8,712 nt of DNA from a virus (Duplodnaviria > Heunggongvirae > Uroviricota > Caudoviricetes): the IMG/VR virus record IMGVR_UViG_2778261639_000012. The stretch is one strand, 5' to 3'. The notes under the pieces are model-generated. The model did no database searches. It worked only from the letters and a program-made list of their open reading frames with translations, and was not told the origin of the DNA. Both the position numbers and the translations under genes were made by a program. Below, one piece after another: positions 5,933 to 8,712 of this stretch (position 1 is the stretch's first letter; each line of letters opens with the position of its first letter).

Positions 5933-6002
5933 ATATTGCTCTAATAAAAAACGTGATGAGTGTACATCACGTTTTAAAAATATGGAATTATTAGAGCAAT
6001 AT
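5933..6002. repeat. 15-bp perfect inverted repeat arms (ATATTGCTCTAATAA / TTATTAGAGCAATAT) flanking terminator T2; right arm is part of 30-bp element copy B (5971-6000)
   Basis: Read directly: 5933-5947 is the reverse complement of 5988-6002. 5971-6000 (GTTTTAAAAATATGGAATTATTAGAGCAAT) matches 3830-3859 at 26/30 positions. Confidence 0.8.
5943..5975 (-). terminator. Rho-independent terminator (mainly minus strand) nested within a 15-bp inverted repeat
   Basis: Stem AAAACGTGATG (5948-5958) / CATCACGTTTT (5965-5975), loop AGTGTA; on the minus strand followed by TTTTTTATT. Lies downstream of the stop of CDS 6002..6703. Confidence 0.65.
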
Positions 6003-6703
6003 TATTCTGATTCTCGCTCAAAAAATGAGCTGATAAGGGGAAGCCAATCCTCTGACACTTCGCGAGGTCGCGGTTTGCCGTGGAAAAAGATTATTCGGCA
6101 GTCTTTTGGTAATGCCCCATTCCCCCTGGAGTAACGCGCGCTCGCATATTTTGAACCAGGTTCCACAACATCGGCCTTGTAACTTACAAACCATCCTGGA
6201 TACAGATCCTGAAATGCTGGTGTATCATCGCCCATAACCTTTCGTAAGAACCCCTGGTCACCCCAACACTCAGTAGTGACACAACGAGAAATCCAACCTT
6301 CCGGATCTTGCCAGAATGAACTCCAGATATGCGCTTTAACACTATTTGGTATCCACAAGGCACCGCTGCCACGATATTGTGGATGGTAAAAATCCCTAAG
6401 CATGGTGAAGCTGGTTGGTGGATGCTCTAGGATTGGGCGTATATCACCGGCAATAACCGTGTCCAAATCCAGATAGAACAGATCATCGGTTATATCCGGT
6501 CGGAACAACTCGATTTTCGCCCACCAGCCACGGCACTTTTGCCACTGGTTGATCAATGGGACAACTTTGACGCCAGGTACATGTAAACGCTTCAGGTCTG
6601 TCAGGCAAATAATTTCATAGCCTTTTGGCAGTTGATTAACCAGCCACTGCACATCGGAAGCGTTATAGTCACCACCAGAGCGAAAAACTAAAGCAATCTT
6701 CAT
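6002..6703 (-). CDS. Putative GT-A-fold (GT8-like) glycosyltransferase with DxD motif (233 aa)
   Basis: N-terminal beta-strand [12 protein letters not shown] and DxD context [20 protein letters not shown] resemble retaining GT8 enzymes (compare LgtC ...VLYLDIDVLVRD..., recalled from memory). ATG at 6703 overlaps the phosphatase stop (ATGA) with AAGGTGA upstream. Confidence 0.5.
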   Translation of the reverse strand: MKIALVFRSGGDYNASDVQWLVNQLPKGYEIICLTDLKRLHVPGVKVVPLINQWQKCRGWWAKIELFRPDITDDLFYLDLDTVIAGDIRPILEHPPTSFTMLRDFYHPQYRGSGALWIPNSVKAHIWSSFWQDPEGWISRCVTTECWGDQGFLRKVMGDDTPAFQDLYPGWFVSYKADVVEPGSKYASARYSRGNGALPKDCRIIFFHGKPRPREVSEDWLPLISSFFERESE

Positions 6704-7392
6704 GCTGCACCATCACCTTTCACTTTCATCAATGTCAGGTTTCCGCAAAATACGGCACCAGTGTCGATATACTGCTGATTCCAGAATGTCTTCGGGCTTT
6801 TCACCGGAGTGTGACCAAAGATAAAACGATCTGCGCCCGAAATTTCGCCACCAATATCATCCATCGAATCACTGATACGCTCGCGCGCCCAGACAACGTT
6901 GAAAAGCGGCACCTCCTTACCGAATTGGTATTCATTATCCGGATAGTCGGCATGGGCTATAACGATAGTTTCTTGCCCGGTGTTCAACTCAATGATATAG
7001 GGCAGACGCTTTACCAGCTCCACCAGCGCCCAGGCTAATATTTCCTGATCAGTGTCCAGCATGAAGAACCATTGTCCGCCATTCATTAGCCAGTTATTCA
7101 CGTTGCCATCTGGACTTAACGCATCAATCATCAGCCGCTCATGGTTCCCCATCACTGCCCTGAACCAGGGCATCTGCAATAGTTCCAGACATTCGACATT
7201 TTCAGTACCGCGATCGATAAGGTCGCCGACCGATATCAGTAAATCCTGCGCCGGGTCAAAATCCACACGATGGAGTTCGGACATCAGTCTGGTGTAGCAA
7301 CCATGCAGATCACCAACAACCCAGACATTCCTGTATTTGGTACCGTCGATACGGTGATAAATTGTGGGTGCCATCATGTATTCTTCAGCCAT
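6700..7392 (-). CDS. Serine/threonine protein phosphatase, lambda PPase / PrpA-PrpB family (calcineurin-like metallophosphoesterase)
   Basis: Conserved motifs GDLHG, GDLIDRG, GNHE and close overall resemblance to phage lambda ORF221 phosphatase ([21 protein letters not shown]...FRAVMGNHE...[14 protein letters not shown]). Real start may be the internal ATG at 7377 or 7374, matching the lambda PPase N-terminus and removing the overlap with the upstream gene. Confidence 0.85.
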   Translation of the reverse strand: MAEEYMMAPTIYHRIDGTKYRNVWVVGDLHGCYTRLMSELHRVDFDPAQDLLISVGDLIDRGTENVECLELLQMPWFRAVMGNHERLMIDALSPDGNVNNWLMNGGQWFFMLDTDQEILAWALVELVKRLPYIIELNTGQETIVIAHADYPDNEYQFGKEVPLFNVVWARERISDSMDDIGGEISGADRFIFGHTPVKSPKTFWNQQYIDTGAVFCGNLTLMKVKGDGAA

Positions 7393-8000
7393 TCTTTAAG
7401 AGTCATCTGCGGAATACCTCCCATTTTCCCGCATGAAACAACGTCAATCCGTTCACGCGCAGACTGGAATAACAAAGGCAGGTGACTTAGATTTTTTGGC
7501 GTGCCGCCGGAGTGAACGCGTGGTTCTTGTGTAGCGTCAACGCCCACCAGGGCGACATGTTTGAATCCGATATGGAAAGCCAGGTTCAGAGCGCCATATG
7601 CACTATTGCCGCTGGCAATTTCATTCTCATCTTCGCAAAGTCCGAAATGTGCGGACCAGCGCCACGCCCACCACTCGGGAGAATTCGTATTTTTTGGCTC
7701 CATGCCACGTTCAGCCACACGACGGAAGCACAGAACGCCGTCTCTGACTTCACGTTCTTTAACATCGGGTAGTGCCATGCAATAACAAACACCACGGCGA
7801 CGGCGGCCACGACCAACGCGCCGCATATTGTCTGGCGATGGATCAAGTGTGAAAAAATAAGAAGCGCGGTTCAGCCAGTCGATGGCCCCATTGACCGCTA
7901 TAATCGGCACTCCGCGCGGCGCAACAAAGTTTGCGGCGCTTGGGCCACTGCCGACGATAATAACGCGATCACTGCCTCTAAATTTATTCTTGGGAAACAT
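7374..8000 (-). CDS. DUF115/MAF-like (GT42 sialyltransferase-like / MptE-like) Rossmann-fold protein, paralog B (208 aa)
   Basis: N-terminal [14 protein letters not shown] ... [11 protein letters not shown] and later [26 protein letters not shown] match the GxGPS / G-S-x-L-x-LA-x-G-(x)n-LxGxD pattern I associate with PF01973-type proteins. ATG at 8000 with AGGAG upstream. Confidence 0.6.
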   Translation of the reverse strand: MFPKNKFRGSDRVIIVGSGPSAANFVAPRGVPIIAVNGAIDWLNRASYFFTLDPSPDNMRRVGRGRRRRGVCYCMALPDVKEREVRDGVLCFRRVAERGMEPKNTNSPEWWAWRWSAHFGLCEDENEIASGNSAYGALNLAFHIGFKHVALVGVDATQEPRVHSGGTPKNLSHLPLLFQSARERIDVVSCGKMGGIPQMTLKEWLKNT

Positions 8001-8527
8001 TGAATTGCACTGCTCCTACTTGCATTCAAAATATGTAAATCTGCGTGTTTTTTGCGGGTATCCAGGAACTGCTGTTGCCATTTTGAAATAGACACCTGCG
8101 TTGGATTCCGTAGGGCTTGAGGGTGCGCGCCATGCCAATGAAGGCCGTTTTGCAGAGAACAGTCATAGCCGACTAATACCACTACTTCAGCCCCTGATTC
8201 AGCAGCCAGACTGATAGCCTGCGCGCCGCTATTTACCCCTTCCGCCGGTCCACAATATCGCCTGTACTCCAACGAAAATGATTTCGCCGCCGCCAGGTTG
8301 GCTGTCACTTTGCGGAATCTCCCTCCCGGTATGGTGGATCCGTATTGCTTCCACCATGACAAATCACCGGCGTATAAGGCATAAATGTCATCGAACATCT
8401 GCCAGGAATTGTTAACCGCGATGATTGAACAGCCAGTTTTTTCTATAGCAGCACAGTCCTCACGAGTGAGTGACGGACCGCTACCGACACAAAAAACAGT
8501 CCTAGTCGCCCTGGGTGGTATGTTCAT
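7898..8527 (-). CDS. DUF115/MAF-like Rossmann-fold protein, paralog A (209 aa from ATG 8527; ORF track extends to 8560)
   Basis: TVFCVGSGPSLT ... IIAVNNSW and NSGAQAISLAAESGAEVVVLVGYDCS parallel paralog B. Start at 8527 chosen because it places GxGPS at the same distance from the N-terminus as in paralog B and shortens the overlap with the upstream gene; weak Shine-Dalgarno either way. Confidence 0.55.
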   Translation of the reverse strand: MNIPPRATRTVFCVGSGPSLTREDCAAIEKTGCSIIAVNNSWQMFDDIYALYAGDLSWWKQYGSTIPGGRFRKVTANLAAAKSFSLEYRRYCGPAEGVNSGAQAISLAAESGAEVVVLVGYDCSLQNGLHWHGAHPQALRNPTQVSISKWQQQFLDTRKKHADLHILNASRSSAIQCFPRINLEAVIALLSSAVAQAPQTLLRRAECRL

Positions 8528-8712
8528 TCTCAGCTGCAAATTCAGCCTCCAGGCGAGCATTCATTTCAGCGATTACAGGGTCCACTACAGCATCTGTTTC
8601 CTGTTCATTACGCGGCATGATCGATGCCAGCGATTCATAATTAGCCTTGGATGACACGACTATTCTCCCGATGTTAATGTGCGCTATATCAAATGGCGCA
8701 TATGTACTAATT
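8502..8712 (-). CDS. Partial CDS (3' end only; 5' end beyond window), hypothetical protein
   Basis: Open frame from the window edge to TAG at 8504..8502 (...VVDPVIAEMNARLEAEFAAENEHTTQGD*); overlaps the start of the next gene. No motif recognised. Confidence 0.45.
   Translation of the reverse strand, partial: ISTYAPFDIAHINIGRIVVSSKANYESLASIMPRNEQETDAVVDPVIAEMNARLEAEFAAENEHTTQGD

Noticed and set aside
8001-8060. Near-palindrome TGAATTGCA...TGCATTCA and a T-run (GTTTTTTGC) as a terminator or operator
   Set aside because: Arms are imperfect, there is no stable GC-rich stem next to the T-run, and the region is coding (3' end of paralog A and Shine-Dalgarno of paralog B).
1-8712. CRISPR arrays, tRNA/rRNA genes, insertion-sequence inverted repeats with a transposase, attachment-site core
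   Set aside because: No regularly spaced direct repeats, no cloverleaf-compatible segments or rRNA-like conservation, and no transposase- or integrase-like ORF in the window.

Overview
The window reads as an accessory (moron-rich) segment of a lambdoid prophage early region in an enterobacterial genome, with every supportable gene on the minus strand. The genes are tightly packed, often with ATGA/GTGA stop-start overlaps, which indicates one long leftward polycistronic unit punctuated by intrinsic terminators. Right to left: a partial unknown CDS; two paralogous DUF115/MAF-like proteins (GxGPS motif); a lambda-PPase-like Ser/Thr phosphatase; a DxD (GT-A/GT8-like) putative glycosyltransferase; a terminator; a 72-aa protein and a 420-aa coiled-coil protein; a terminator; a HAD-type phosphatase; a 28-aa hydrophobic peptide missing from the ORF track; an ASCH-domain gene that appears split by a frameshift; two small hypothetical genes; three Ead/Ea22-like paralogs with a signal-peptide protein inserted between them; and the start of a PD-(D/E)xK-like gene. 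No rRNA, tRNA, CRISPR array or transposase was seen. The strongest candidates for undescribed biology are the coupled DUF115x2 + phosphatase + glycosyltransferase cassette, the terminator-bracketed 72-aa/420-aa module, and the small hydrophobic peptide with an opposing terminator. All family assignments come from motif recognition by eye, not from database searches.
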